Part shown: in pieces, positions 1-12,875 of the stretch
Layout: every line of letters begins with the position of its first letter
Position numbering within the stretch: position 1 is the stretch's first letter
The notes under the pieces: model-generated
Seen by the model: the letters and a program-made list of their open reading frames with translations, nothing else
What the model was told of the DNA's origin: nothing
Database searches by the model: none
Position numbers and translations under genes: made by a program
Source of the DNA: Camelus dromedarius
Taxonomy: Eukaryota
NCBI RefSeq assembly: GCF_036321535.1
Contig: NC_087437.1
Coordinates: 85,748,001-85,812,000, forward strand
Reading direction: 5' to 3'
DNA: 64,000 nt

Positions 1-1699
1 ATTAGCATCCAGGCCAGATCAATTTTCCTAGACACAGTGTTTTATTAGATTGCTACATGACAGCATACCAGTTAAAACGGATTGGTCTAATTAGAATCCC
101 ATTAATAACAAGACAGGCAATGACAGATGTCTCACTCCATCCACAATGCCTTGACTTATCAAATGCTCCAACATTCAAGCAGTTGTGAATATAGTTGCTT
201 TTTTGTCATTTTCTAGTCTAAGAAAGGAAAAGAACAAATGTGGTGGAGGAGTGATGGTGAGGGAAAGGAAACTCCTTAGGACTCTGGTAATGAGGTCCTT
301 CAAAAAACAATTAGTAAAGACCAAACACTAGAGACAGGTTCAATAAATAAGCATTTCAAAAACTCAAGCTGAAATAAGAACATCAATTCTCTGGACACCT
401 GTAGGACAACAGTAAATTCTAAATGTAGTTCTGAAATAAACTACCCAATTTTGTTCCTTACCTAAATATCATGATAAAAAACAAACAAACAAATAAAAAG
501 AGATGAAATTACAGTAGTTTGGCTTTTTTTCATTATTACAATAATAGAATCATAGTTTTATATAGATTATTGTTTCAGATTCTAATCTTGAAAAAGTTAT
601 TCTATTTCTGCTGTTTCTTAAGACTTAGAAACCTCTCTTCCTCCCACCAAAAAACAAAAACAAACAAATACATATATATTAGAATACAGGTGGAGAGGCG
701 AAGTCATACCAACAGAATATACGTATTACTTACTAAATAAATCTTTATTGAGTATCTTCCACAGCCAAACACTATTCCGGGTGATAGACTTACAATCTTT
801 GAAAAATTTACTTTTATAGGAGGAATAAGTGAAAGAAAACAGCAGCCAGTCAAATGAACTGCACATAGAAACCCTTATTTTTGACTAGACGATTTGGCAG
901 CCCCCAAGGAGCACCTGGGTGTCCCCAAGTTCCTGTAGCCCCTTCACTCCCACCTTTCAGTCTATCATATGGACTATCATGGTTTGCAGATCGATAGATG
1001 TGGGCTGTTCTCCAGGATCCAGGGCATTTCCATACCTTATTGAGTGGTAGCCTTCTGCGTTTCTCTAGGACTCACTCACACTACGTTCCTGGCCAGCTGG
1101 TTGTAACCACGTCTCTTGGGTAACTAGAACTCTTTAAGCACTAGCATTTTACGGACATCCTAACTTCTACAATAGCCATATGGTAGATTTGTCCTACGTG
1201 ATATACCCTATCGCTGCTAGCCTTTTTATTTATTCAAAATAATTCCTTTGTTTTGGACATTCTAACTGGGTTCTAATCCTTCTTGATGTGTGCCCAGTTA
1301 TTCTAAAAATTTCAAAAGTTCAGCCTAGACATCTTCTGTATTTTTTTCTGCCTATTGTTAAATTGAGTCTTCAGGAAAGGAAGAATAGGAATATTTTTAA
1401 ATTTCCCCCCAAATCATCATACATCATCCATTCCCAGTAAATTTCCCTCCTGTGGGTTCTGTCTCTATTATTTTCCAGATGACAAGATTATATAATCCAT
1501 TTCTTGGAGTAAGGTTTTATATAGTATATACTCTAACTATGTGTCTCAAATGTTTCAGAAAGTCCCAATTTCAGTCTCATGGGAATGTGTGTGTATCTGT
1601 GTGTGTGTATTTAATAGAATATTCTAATCATGTAAAAGACAAACTCCAAATATCAATTGCTTAACACAAATAAACAAAGATTTATTTGTTTGTCCTTCA

Positions 1700-4030
1700 C
1701 GTTTCAGTTTGGGTTGGGTAGTCGGGAATAGAAAAGAAAAAGGAATTTTTCTCAAGCAGTTATTCAGAGTTCCTACTTTATTCCAGCCTGTGGTAACACC
1801 ATCTTTAATCCCAGCCTGGGCCTCCAATTTTGCTACAGAATGGAGAGTTGATGGTAGATAGTATCTGACAAATTTTTATGTGTCAAGTTTGAAAGCAGTA
1901 TACCTCACTCTGTCTACAATCCACTGACCAGAACCAAGGCACATGGTCCCAGACTAACTGAAAAAGAAGTGCTCTTCATTTCTGTGTCTAGAAAGGAGAG
2001 GGAAAACAAGTTAGTAAGCTCTGGCTTTCTCTGCCACGCTCTATCATTCTATCACCAAATACACTTTCGCTCTTCTCATTCCACGCATAGAACCTTCTGT
2101 TTCTCTTTCCCAAAGAAAACTTCTAATTCCATTTCATCTTTGCATCCAGTGGAAAGACCAGAAATTTTAGATGTTGTGCTGTTCAATCATCTCTACTGAG
2201 ATCAGAAGTGGCTTGTCCTGGGCCAGCAACTTAAGGTCTTAAAGCTAGGCATCTGCTCACTCTACAACCCCACACTAAAATCCAGTTAACAGGTTATGAA
2301 TCAGATACCCTTAGACATAACTGAATTTCAGAATTCAGCGAAATTTGTTTGGTACTTCTAAAGCTTCTAAACTTTTTGGGTTTCAGTTATTCTATGTACT
2401 AGAAACACATCTGAAGCTCTTTTCAGACACAAGTCTAAAGTTTTCTTTATGTTTGCTTTCTTTCTCCCACCTTGCCAGAAGCAACATTGGGATTCTCAGG
2501 TGTTAGCAAGAGAAAGCCACCTTTTATCTAATTTTGGACCCAATACTGGGTCTTAATGGACCTTTAGTGGTGAAAAATTTCTCCATCCTATTTACTACTA
2601 TATGATATTTAGAAGCAGTTGATTTTAAGACCACTGAGGTCCTGAATTTGTGAACTATTTCCTTTATTTTTGCTTTCAAACCATTCAATTTCTAATTCTC
2701 TTCTATACTCATCTCTTGTTGAAATACTGTGCTAAATACAGACAATATCAATAGTCACTGACTCTCTTCTCCCCCAGTACTTAGAGATGCTAAGTGTATA
2801 GGTGTATACATTGCCTTCAACTTTGTGTTAACCAAAATTTCAGAACCAGAGATGTGAATGAAATAAAGAGGCATTTATTTGGTGTTTGTTAAGGCTACAG
2901 ACTAGGAGACACAGATTCAAGAAGCACCTGAATTGTGTTCCTCCAGACTACAAAATGGGGGAGGCTTATAAAGGCAAGAGCTGCAGGTTAAAACTAGTTA
3001 CATGAGTTTTTTTTTTTTTTTTTAATCAAGAATTATAATTGGAGCTGGCAAGAAGTAAGGGTGCTTGTAAAGTAAAGACTGGTTGGGGCCCAAAGTGGCT
3101 GCATAGTTACAAGTGGGAACAATCTTGAGACACAGGTCACAACTAGCAGATATTTTAAAAACAGCTGGTGTCCTTGGGTTAGGTATAGTTTACAGAAAGT
3201 TCAGGTTCTCAGCGGTGTAGGAAAGTGTCTGAAACCAGATCCTCAATGGCCACCCAACTCCATTTTGTACGTCTGAACTATGATTACTCCATTATAATTG
3301 AAATCTGTCATCAGTTAATACAGGCAACATTTTTATAAAGGGTTTTGGTATTTAATTAACATATATCACCATATTTCTACTCTCTGATATCTGTTTATTG
3401 CCTCCTTTTAGACAATTATGATAACATCATATATTTTGAGGGTTTTTTTAATAGCAGTGTCCCATTTCAAGATTTCAGTTTTAGTATTGTCTATGTGCTG
3501 TTATAAGAAGCAACCCACAAATCTCAATAATCTAACTCATTGATGGTTTACATAATGATTACATCTCTCTTTCGCTTTTTTCTTTCCACACATAGAAAAC
3601 CGTCTCCAAAGGAGATGACCCCAAGTCCCACATCATCTTTGCAACCAGCTGAAAGACTAGATTACAGATGTTGTGTTGCTCAGTCGTATCAACTGGGCCA
3701 GGCATGGCTCTTTTTGGTATAGCAATTTCCAAAAAGAATCAATTAGGTGAAGGATCCATAGAGTCACTTAGAAACCCTGGCATTTTCGTCTTAGACCCTA
3801 TAATTTTCATTGTTGTCTCCACAACTGCCATGTAATGTGAAAAGAGAGTGGAATTTTACATGTAGGATTTCTATGGGCTAGGCCTTGAAGTAGTCTGTAT
3901 CATTTTGTACATTTCATTGATCAGAACTCAGTTCTATATCCTTATTCTAAATGTAAAGGAACTGAGAAACACTGAGGAGTACGGAATACAGGAAAATGAG
4001 GAAAAAACACAGAGTCTGATGAGCATTCTT
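1700..4030 (-). mobile_element. Degenerate MaLR (MLT1J/K-like) relic: LTR (~1700-2038), internal sequence, LTR (~3480-4030), interrupted by an ERV1 LTR
   Basis: MLT1-type LTR motifs ('ccactgaccagaaccaaggcacatggtcccagactaactg...ctctgccac' and 'catttcattgatcagaactcagttctatatcc...aaggaactgagaaacactg') in the same orientation flank MLT-int-like sequence. Boundaries are approximate. Confidence 0.5.
2826..3313 (-). mobile_element. ERV1-class solo LTR (MER89/MER110-like)
   Basis: Starts TGTTAACC and contains TTTATTT (antisense polyA-signal region), 'ggagacacagattcaag' and 'ttataaag'. Shares 'aagttcagg..ctcaatggccacccaactccattt' with the LTR at 7403-7882. 3' boundary uncertain. Confidence 0.55.
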
Positions 4031-6734
4031 TGTCCTATTATCCCTGTTATGTTAGCATTTTCCATTTCCATAACAGCTGTCAATTTCAAAAATTGTTGCT
4101 TTGAGAAACCCAAGACAGCAGTTGGAGAAAAATTAGAATCAAATTGAGGAGTGAGTTTATCAGACAGACACTTCAAGGATTCTGTGTCTTCAATAAAGTT
4201 TTACCAAAACGTTTAAAAATTTGTTTTATTATTCTCAAATAGAAAGTAGCACAAGGGTGTTAATTATTATCAGAGTGCTAATAACAAAAAAAGGTGGTTT
4301 TTTTTTTCTTGTGTTAGATAATTTTAAGATAATCAACACTGAAAACACTCAGAATGTAAAAGGCCATGCTAAAATTTGAATGGGTGTATTTCCTAATGGA
4401 GCAGTGTCAGTTGTCATAGGAATTAATGTGACTGTATGAGAATTATACTGGAACCAAAAAGTTAGCGTGAGTAAAACCCAGTAACTTACAGTGGGGCTAG
4501 TGCTGTATTATTGAAATCTCGGCCAAAGCTTAAACCAGAATAGACACATGTGATTCAGGAGGATCCAAGATTTGGTCCAGGCTAAACCCTTGTTTATGAT
4601 CCAAAAGTTAAGCCCTTGAGACACCAATGAAATTAAAACTAAACTTAGATCCCAAAGGACTATTCATAAGTTGTATTAAAGTACAAGAGACCATAGCTGA
4701 TCTGACATCTGGAAGGGTTCAAATTTTTACTTTTTATTTCTATACTAACTTTCCTTGTAAATCTCACACCTGTCAGCAGATCCCTACTCATATGTTCATA
4801 GGCATCTTCCTATGCTCTACAGCCATATCCTCTCTATAAGGATAACAGAGTGGAGCTTTATTTTGGTTGATGTCTCTGGAATCCATTTTCTCAAATTAGT
4901 CATTTAGAATTTCATCCTTTCCCAGACTTAAGGCTGGGGTAGGTGATATTCTCAATGCCAGGGTTACCAATGTGGCTTATAATAAAGATGTAGATGCTAA
5001 TACTTCATTACTAAAAAGTTCTAAACATCAGTATATTATCATAATATTATACTTTTCCATGATAAGAAGCCATACCAAATTCTTCACATCATTTTTCAGA
5101 GAATTAGTTAAAGTTCTTATCTATAAAATTCTGGTCCACTTCTTCAGCTACTTTGTAAATAACAACACTTACAGCTATGAGTTTATATCTCTTTCCTCAG
5201 CCCAGGAGATTTTTCTGTTTAGTGGAGATAAATGGGACTTCTCAGGGCAGTTACGTTTTATTCAAACTAATGACACCTCTCTGTATTTTTTTTACCAGGC
5301 CTTCTCAGGGTCAGACAGCTAAATTCAGACTGCAAATTTAGCAATTCAGTAAATAGATGGCAAATAAAACTGAGAGTTAAGCACAGCACTTTCATGTGGC
5401 ATTCAGACAATATTATTAGTAGGAATTTCAAGGACCTTGTGGAATAATAACTGCCAAGGGTTATTTGTGCAAATGAGACTGAATCTTTCTACAGAATTCT
5501 TTCAAGACTCATGTAAGCATGATATGTACTGAACGTTTAAAATCGATAAAAAGATTCCATTTGCCCTTGCACTTTATTTCTCCTTTATTCCTGAATGCTT
5601 ATAGCCACAGAAAATGTTTAGAAAGTTTACATTTTACTTTTTCACCCTAAAAATTTGAATTCACTTTATAATAAAACCTGGTGTACCATAAGGAAATCTG
5701 GCACACTTAATTATATAACAATTATTTTTGTATATTAAATTTATTTATATAAGGTGCAACATAGGACAGCATTAAATGATTACTTTTTTAAAATCTGTCT
5801 GTATCTTTTTCATTCCACTTAACATCTTCAATGTTGTATTATATGTAGCAGGGGCAATATTTTATATCCTCTAATAAATGTTCAATTATTTAAATGCACC
5901 TGCAATTTATTTACTTTTGTATCTTTTAAAATACCTATTTTAGTATCTGGAATATAGTAAATGTTCAATTAAATAAACTAAATAAACTATAATTAAAGGA
6001 AAAGCATGGAAGGAAAGAAGGAAAGGGGAAAAAGGAAAGAGGATCTTAGAAGAATCAAAGAGAAGAAGGAAATGAAGAAAAGCTTCTAAAAATTAAAAAT
6101 ATATATATTAACTTTTAAATTATTATTTACTTTATTTCCACCAGTCATTTCTGAACCCTATAAATTTAATGTTATTCTAAACATCTGGATCCAATTTTTA
6201 AAAAAGGAAATTGTGTGATATTACAATATTTTGTAGATACTAAATTTGTCAAAAAAGAAATTTTTAAAAAAGCAATTGAATAGGGACCTCATAAGTTTTC
6301 CAAATGCAACTTATATGCCGAGGGAATCTTAGAAATACCAACTGTAATTGTAAGTCATTTTCACTGCCAGATTTTTCAACAGGACAAATGTAAATGCTAG
6401 AATGTATGTAATGTTTGAAGGAAATCAGTAATTTGAAATCATGGTTTGTTAGCTAAAAACATACCTATCTATGTTTTTAAAGTAAATGGTGGATCTTCTC
6501 CCAATATTCTGGCTTTACTCAAAATATTCCAAATCACAAATGATGGCAACTTCATCCTCCCCAAAATTTGGAGCCATTTTGAATGCTCACTTTTTTCCAG
6601 CCCATATTCAATTTACCAGGAAATTTAATTAATTCTACTTTAAAAATGTACCCAGAATCAGAACATTTGTTACCAATTTCCATGGCCAACCATCACCAAG
6701 CCATCGTCGTTTCTTTGCTGGATTATTGCAAAAG

Positions 6735-7332
6735 GTTTTTGTTTTCTTCTTTGGTTGTCTAACTCTTTTTTAAAATTGAAGTCAGTTGATATATAACGTT
6801 ACATTCAAGTGTACAACATGATTCAATATTTGTCTATATTGCAAAGTTATCGCCACAGATGTCTAGCTAACATCCATCACTGTACTTAGTTATACTTTTT
6901 TTTCTTCTAATGGGAACTTTTAAGATGTACACTCTTAGTTTGGGTCTATGAGAAGTGATGAGTAATCCAAGGCCAGGTCATTTGCATGTCAGAGAATTCC
7001 ATATGAGTTGCAAAGACTAAAGTGCATTTCAAACCACAGTAATGGATTCAATGAGATAATGGATGTGCAAAAAAAAAAGAAAAAGAAAAATTACTCTCTT
7101 AGCAACTTTCAAATATACAATACAGCATTGTTAACTATAGTCACCGTGCTGAACATTATATCCATGACTTATTTATTTCATAATTGAAAGTTTGTATCTT
7201 TTGACTGCTTTCACCCATTTCACCCCCACCCCGCACCCCCTAACTCTGGCAGCCATCAATCTGTTCTCTGTGCCTATGAGCTTGATGCTTTTGTTTTCTG
7301 TTTTGATTCTACATGTAAGTGAAATAATACAA
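6735..7332 (-). mobile_element. L1 3' end (L1MA9/artiodactyl-type), 5'-truncated
   Basis: T-rich tail followed by L1 3'UTR motifs ('aagatgtacactcttag...caactttcaaatatacaatacag'). Flanked by direct repeat TATTGCAAAAG at 6724-6734 and 7333-7343. Confidence 0.85.
6939..7090 (+). pseudogene. Short poly(A)-tailed retroposed insert of unknown origin, inside the L1 3'UTR
   Basis: Non-L1 sequence ending in an A-rich tail (7069-7090). Flanked by imperfect direct repeats AAGATGTACACTCTTAG (6922-6938) and AAAAATTACTCTCTTAG (7086-7102), preceded by TTTT/AAGA. Confidence 0.7.
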
Positions 7333-7402
7333 TATTGCAAAAGCTTTTTAACTGGTCTCTTTGTTTTCACTTTTTTGCTTCTATAATCTATTCTCCAGCT
7401 AG

Positions 7403-7882
7403 CATTGACCAAAGAACAATGCAGAAGGCTGCAAGTAAGAAAATAATTTATTTGGGATATTAAGAACTGCAATTCAGGAGACAAAGATTTGGGTAAAACC
7501 AAAAGAGTATTACAGGAAAGAGGAAGAGTCATGGGTTTATAAATACAAAAGGCCGTGAGGTTGTTAAAATTCTCTGCCCTGTGGAAATTGTGATTGACAC
7601 TAGACAGAAATTATTTGTCCTTAAGGAATCACAAGTTGTTTTACAGTAGGGGTCCTGTAAGTAGATAGGCTGTCATCAGTTATTTTAGGATAAGGGGTTC
7701 AGTGACTATCTTGAGTTTCTGGCAAATGTTCTGGATGCCTTTGTTAGTATAATAAGGGATCAAAAGTTCAGATTCCATCCAGGCTGAAACATTCAAAAGT
7801 CACACTTCCTCAGTGGCCTCCCAGCTCCATTCTGGATAGCTCTCTTAGCGATACTGCAATCTACTTTTGTTCTCCTTCCACA
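7403..7882 (-). mobile_element. ERV1-class solo LTR (MER89/MER110-like) inserted in L2
   Basis: Interrupts the L2 between 'ttctccag' and 'agagtgatc'. 4 bp flanks CTAG/CTAA, ends in CA, contains 'gaactgcaattcaggagacaaagatttggg'. Related to 2826-3313. Confidence 0.65.
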
Positions 7883-8310
7883 CTAATTAGAGTGATCTTT
7901 TGCAAAGAAACAAAATCACATCACTTTTTCTTTAAAACTATCCAGTGGCACCCACTCAGTAAAAGTCATGGTCCTCTCAAAGGCTTTCAAAGCTTTACTG
8001 ACCCTTCAACTCACTCACCCTTGGCCTACCTTACCTCTAAGATCTGCTCTCATATTATCAGTCCCTAGCCTCGCTCATTTTGTCCTGGCCACGCTACCTC
8101 CATATCACCTCTGAAAATTTCTAGACTTTCTCCCACTTTAGGGGTTCTATTTAGGGACTGCTGAAAAATTCAATAGTGATTCAATACCATCTACTATTTG
8201 GGAAATAGCAGGGAACCATTAAATATTTGATAGATGAGTGAATAAATAAATGAATAAATTTGATGTTAGACCAATTTTACATTGTTTTTCAATCATTCTA
8301 ACCTGGTATC

Positions 8311-8416
8311 TTTTTGGGGGAGTAATTAGGTTTATTTTAATGGGGGTACTAGGGGTTGAATCCAGGACCTTGTGCATGCTAAGCATGTGCTCTATCACTG
8401 AGCTTTACCCTCCCCT
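8311..8416 (-). mobile_element. Camelid tRNA-Ala-derived SINE (Vic-1 type)
   Basis: Reverse complement reads ggggagggtaaagctcagtgatagagcacatgcttagcatgcacaaggtcctggattcaacccctagtacc (A/B boxes). TSD CTAACCTG(G/A)TATCTTT at 8298-8313 and 8417-8432. Confidence 0.92.
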
Positions 8417-9254
8417 CTAACCTGATATCTTTACCCAGTATTTTAAATAATGACATAAGCTTTATTATAGATTCCACCTATGTTGAGGGATTTTGTTTAA
8501 GAGCTTTTAATTTTTAATAATGGCATTAATTGTGCTTAATAAATGTATTTAAAATAGGAATGGATTTTTTTTTTTTAGTTAAAATAAATATTGGATTCAT
8601 TTATACATGGCTTCCATCAGTGCCTTACACACAGTATTTTCCCACACCTTGATCACAACTCCAGTAGCCTTTAGGGTAACCTCCAACCAACTTTGACAAC
8701 ATTCAAGTACTACTGCTTAACAATTGTTTAAGTACCAACACAAGTTATTTTTATTTATTTTTCCAAGATTTTCTAATTTTATTCTCATATAATACGATCT
8801 TTCATTGCTTACAGAAAGAAAAACTTGTATGATTTAGCCATGGAAATTCTGTTTCTATGTATTTTAATTATTCTATTCTTCTTGCCTAAAATTACCTTCT
8901 TCTTTTCCTTCCTTGCCCACCTATTTATTGCAACCCAAACTTGAAATCCCAAATACCTCTTCCCCCACAAAGCCATCACAACTCTTCCTCCAACCTTTTG
9001 AAATCTATCTCTAATAACTTTGCAGTCAATTTTCTACTGTCAGAGGTACTTAATATAGTCTGCTATGTAAATTATATTTTATAAATAGAGTTTTCTTTCC
9101 AAATAGATAAAGCATCTTAAGATCAAGAACCTAGTTGGACTTACTGTTTCCACATGTCTAACAGGTATAATCTTCACAATTTGAGAACAAAGATTGGATT
9201 CCCAATAATTCTTTGAAATTCCTGAAATCTTAAATTATTCTGTATTTTGTAGTA

Positions 9255-9460
9255 CAGGTGACCCTTAAACAACACTGGTTTGAACCATGCGGGTCCACTT
9301 ATATGTGGATTTTTTTCAGTACTGCCACAAGATTCATAATTAGTTAAATCCAAAGTTGCAGAACCATAGATGCAGAGGGCTGACTGTGAAGTTACAGGAG
9401 GATTTCTGACCACACCAAGGACAGGTGCCTCCAACCCCTGAGTTGTTCAAGGGTCAACTG
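9255..9460 (+). mobile_element. MER8 (Tigger2-derived non-autonomous DNA transposon)
   Basis: TIRs CAGGTGACCCTTAAACAAC / GTTGTTCAAGGGTCAACTG with TA on both sides. Confidence 0.88.
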
Positions 9461-9775
9461 TATTTATAAAGGGAAGACTAGTGCTTCATATTTTAGCACT
9501 ATTTGTAGTAGGTTTTTTTTTTTTTACTATTTTAGTAATATTTTAGCTATATTTACTAAGAATTATAACCTAAGCAAAAATTCAAACACTGAAAAAACAT
9601 CAGTGCATATTACTGGGAAGCCTGAATAACTTCACATTCTGATCTTCTAGCACAGTAACAGGAAGATACAGAATCATGTGTCAAAACAGCCAATTTAAGT
9701 ATTTACTTAGCATCCCAAATTTGTTATTTGTTATTTCTGGAACACCATTACTAAGATTTGTGCAAAGTATAATAC

Positions 9776-9833
9776 CTATTTATCTATCTTTCTATTTATC
9801 TATCTATCATTTATCTATCATCTACCTATCATC
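9776..9833. repeat. Imperfect (TATC)n microsatellite
   Basis: ctatttatctatctttctatttatctatctatcatttatctatcatctacctatcatc. Confidence 0.75.
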
Positions 9834-10249
9834 TAAGTTTCAAGAATGACTCACCATTAGAAATAGAAAAGACCACAAACACACTTTAACATGTTAACAG
9901 GTACAAGTAAGACTGCCTGATTATATGTGACCAGTTCTTTTCTGCATGTTCCTATTCCAGTTCTCAAAAATGTTGACCTTGATCTTCAATGTGTACTGTT
10001 GTTTCCTGTTCTTGCTGTTGATTTGCTATTAACAGGTTCCTTCAAATCAATAGTCTTTACATTTATAGCTATGATTTAACTCTCACAGGAGAATTATATA
10101 TATACACATATATATATTTCCCCCACTTTGTCAGCTGCTTGTTACCAGGTTTTGGCATTTAGAAGAATGTATAAATTTTCCAAGAAAAGCTAGGAAGATG
10201 TTCCTGCTTGAATATTTCTGGTTGAATTACTTTATCCAGGAACCTATAA

Positions 10250-10420
10250 ATATTTTTAAGTATCTAATATGTGTCATTTAATGTGGAAGATATTGGAGAT
10301 GAAACTATGAACAAGATAGACATTATGTAGTCCCTGATGGAGCTTACATTCTAACTGGAGGACTAGTAGTTAATCAAGAGAGTGCAATGAGGTATGACAG
10401 GAATATACTTGGGGAGGGGC
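10250..10420 (-). mobile_element. L2 3' fragment
   Basis: 'gagatgaaactatgaacaagatagaca...tccctgatggagcttacattctaactggagg' is typical antisense L2 3' end. Confidence 0.55.
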
Positions 10421-10858
10421 TGGATGTTGTAAGAATATGTATTAGGAGCTTGGTATGTCTTCATATTAAAATAAAACACAAGCAATTAGCATTTATATAG
10501 GCTGGTGTTAATATTAGGCATTCATATTTTTAACTACAGAAAATCTGAATTAAGAGCAAGTGCAGTAGAGGGACACTTTCTATGTTATTATACCATAAAT
10601 ATTTCTCAGACAGCATGTCTTTCTCTTTTCTGTGTGAACCAAATAAAATTGTTTCATTATTTTACTTCAAAATGATACCACTCACAGATGATTTATTTAT
10701 AGTTTATTACTAAATAACATCCAGTAATAGAACTGAGTGAATTGCCCATAAATAAAGCATGGTAATAATGTTCAGGAAAATCAAAATCAATGTTTAAAAA
10801 ATTCTGAAAGTTACCCTGATCTAGAGAGTAATACCACAGCTTTAAGAGTGAAAGCAAT

Positions 10859-10970
10859 GCACCCATCATCTTGTAATAATCTATAATGGAATATAATCTG
10901 CAAAAATACTGACTCACTATGTTGTACATCTGAAAGTAACACAATATTGTAAATCAACTATACTTCAGTA
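10859..10970 (+). mobile_element. Very short L1 3'-terminal stub
   Basis: '...tcactatgttgtacatctgaaagtaacacaatattgtaaatcaactatacttca'. TSD AAGAGT(G/A)AAAGCAAT at 10844-10858 and 10971-10985, preceded by TTT. Confidence 0.85.
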
Positions 10971-11029
10971 AAGAGTAAAAGCAATATTCAAATTTACCAA
11001 TGTGAATTATTTAGAGTTTAGTGAAATTT

Positions 11030-11570
11030 ATGTTTAACTTTTATTGAAGTGTAACATACATCCAAAAAAGTACAGTGTGTTCGAGTCAAGAGCTTTGCAC
11101 AAACTGAACACCTTCATGAAAATACCACACATATGAAGAAATGCAACATTACTGGTAACCAAAACTCCCTTATATTATCTTCCAATCACTATTCCTCACC
11201 CAGAGGAAATCAATCTTTACTTCTATTAGCATTGATTGATTTTGCCTATTTTGATATTTTAAAACAAATAGACTCCTTCAGCATATACTCTTTGTGTCTT
11301 GCTTCTTTGGCTCAAAATCATTTTTTGTGTTATTTATCTATGTTGCTCCTATAGCAATGGTTCCTTCATTCTCCTTGCTGTTTTATTAGTGTTCATTTTA
11401 CTAACTACGAATAGTTTATTTATCTATTGTACCGTTGATGAATATCTAAGATCTTTCCAGTTCTGATTATTATAAATAGTATTTCTATGAGCATTCTAAT
11501 GCATGTATTTTGTGAACAAATATACACATTTCTGTTAGCTGTGTATTGTTAAGAATGAAAATGTTGGTAA
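11030..11570 (-). mobile_element. Old L1 (L1ME/MC-like) 3' fragment
   Basis: 'aactttttattgaagtgtaacatacat...tttccagttctgattattataaatagt...tatgagcattct...gtgaacaaatatacacatttctgtt'. Confidence 0.7.
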
Positions 11571-12339
11571 TAGATTAGGATGGTGACAGTGGATTCAATA
11601 ATGAACCATACTGACAGCCTTTATCTCTGACTGAATTCCCTATTCCATTTTCAAAACTTTCCAAGGCTTTTGAGTATACACAGCTTGAGTATGACCCAAC
11701 AGAAACCTTTCCATATCCTGGCAGAAGTCTGGATTAGAACCAGAACCAGAATCACCTCCAGGTGGCAAGACATAAAGGCAACATTTAATAAAACTTCTCC
11801 CTAAGTTAGTTGACGTTTTGTCAGAAATCAGAGTCCAGGAAGCAACAGAGAAAATATAAAAGGCTAAATCAAAGAAATTTTGTGTTTTTCAACTTTAGGA
11901 AAAGAAAATCAAATAAGTTACTAAACCACTTGAGCCCCCAGGATGAGCTTAGGATAGAACTTGAAAAGGTTAGTGCATTTTCTTCACAATTTCTAAAGGC
12001 ACATTGATTAGCGATTAATCTTTCACAATCAAAGTACTTACTTCATGAATAGACAACTGTCATTGGGAAGGGCTTTCTATAACTCCTAAAAAGAATCAAA
12101 AGAGAGACTAAGGAATTCACATTCTGAAAATGATTACAGTATTCTCTTTGGACACACATACACAGGAGTAGTTTGAAATACTGAAGAAAATTACTTGGAT
12201 ATTTTTAGACTTTAAATGGTAACCAAGGAGTAGTAGCTTTTGTTCAGTTTCATCGGTATTTGCAGGATCCATACCAGTAAAACACAAAAGAAAAATGAAG
12301 AGTTGTTTAAAAAATTATCTGGCAGAAAAATAAAAGACT

Positions 12340-12875
12340 TTGTATGGGATATTTTTCCTTTAGTTCACCCAGTATCTAAACCTCCTCTCTATGTCTGTGG
12401 GACTTTGTAAGTCTACATGAGAGGCAAAACTTATATCAATGAGTGAAACTGAACATTCCAAATACTCATCTTCCAGTTCTCCTTTGCTGCTTGAGTGTAA
12501 GCATAAGACCTAGATCCTTCCAATAAGATCCAAATGCCTATCCCATTCTATGAATTAGGAACAATGACTATGCTTCCTAGATGCCCTCCAAGTGGTGAAG
12601 ACAGCAACAAGTTTCCAAAGGAAGCACTGGCAGCTTTGCTATCACAGCATTCAGGGTCCAGTGTGGATGGCAGGTGTGTATGAAGTTAGAGCCCATGTTG
12701 CTAGTAGAGAATTATGCCCTCACCAAACTAGAGCTGCAGTTTATTTTTGCTTACAATTGGCCTGCTTAATCTCTTACAGTCTTCTTTGAGCTCCATCATA
12801 TATCCCTTTGATAAATTAATTCTCTAGTAAGTACAGCGAAAATCACTTCTGTGGCTTGCAACTTGGAACCATTGG
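12340..12875 (+). mobile_element. ERVL LTR (LTR33-like)
   Basis: 5' 'gatatttttcctttagttcacccagtatctaaacc' and 3' 'atatccctttgataaatt...ttctgtggcttgcaacttggaacc' resemble LTR33. Confidence 0.55.

Larger units (their letters stand above)
6560..8260 (+). mobile_element. L2 LINE 3' fragment, split by an L1 and an LTR insertion
   Basis: L2 motifs 'cccagaatc', 'ggattattgcaa', 'actggtctc' and 'agagtgatctttt', ending in the L2 tail 'taaatatttgatagatgagtgaataaataaatgaat'. Confidence 0.7.

Noticed and set aside
6950..7070. Box C motif (GTGATGA) in the orphan insert, suggesting a snoRNA retrocopy
   Set aside because: There is no terminal D box (CTGA) or stem.
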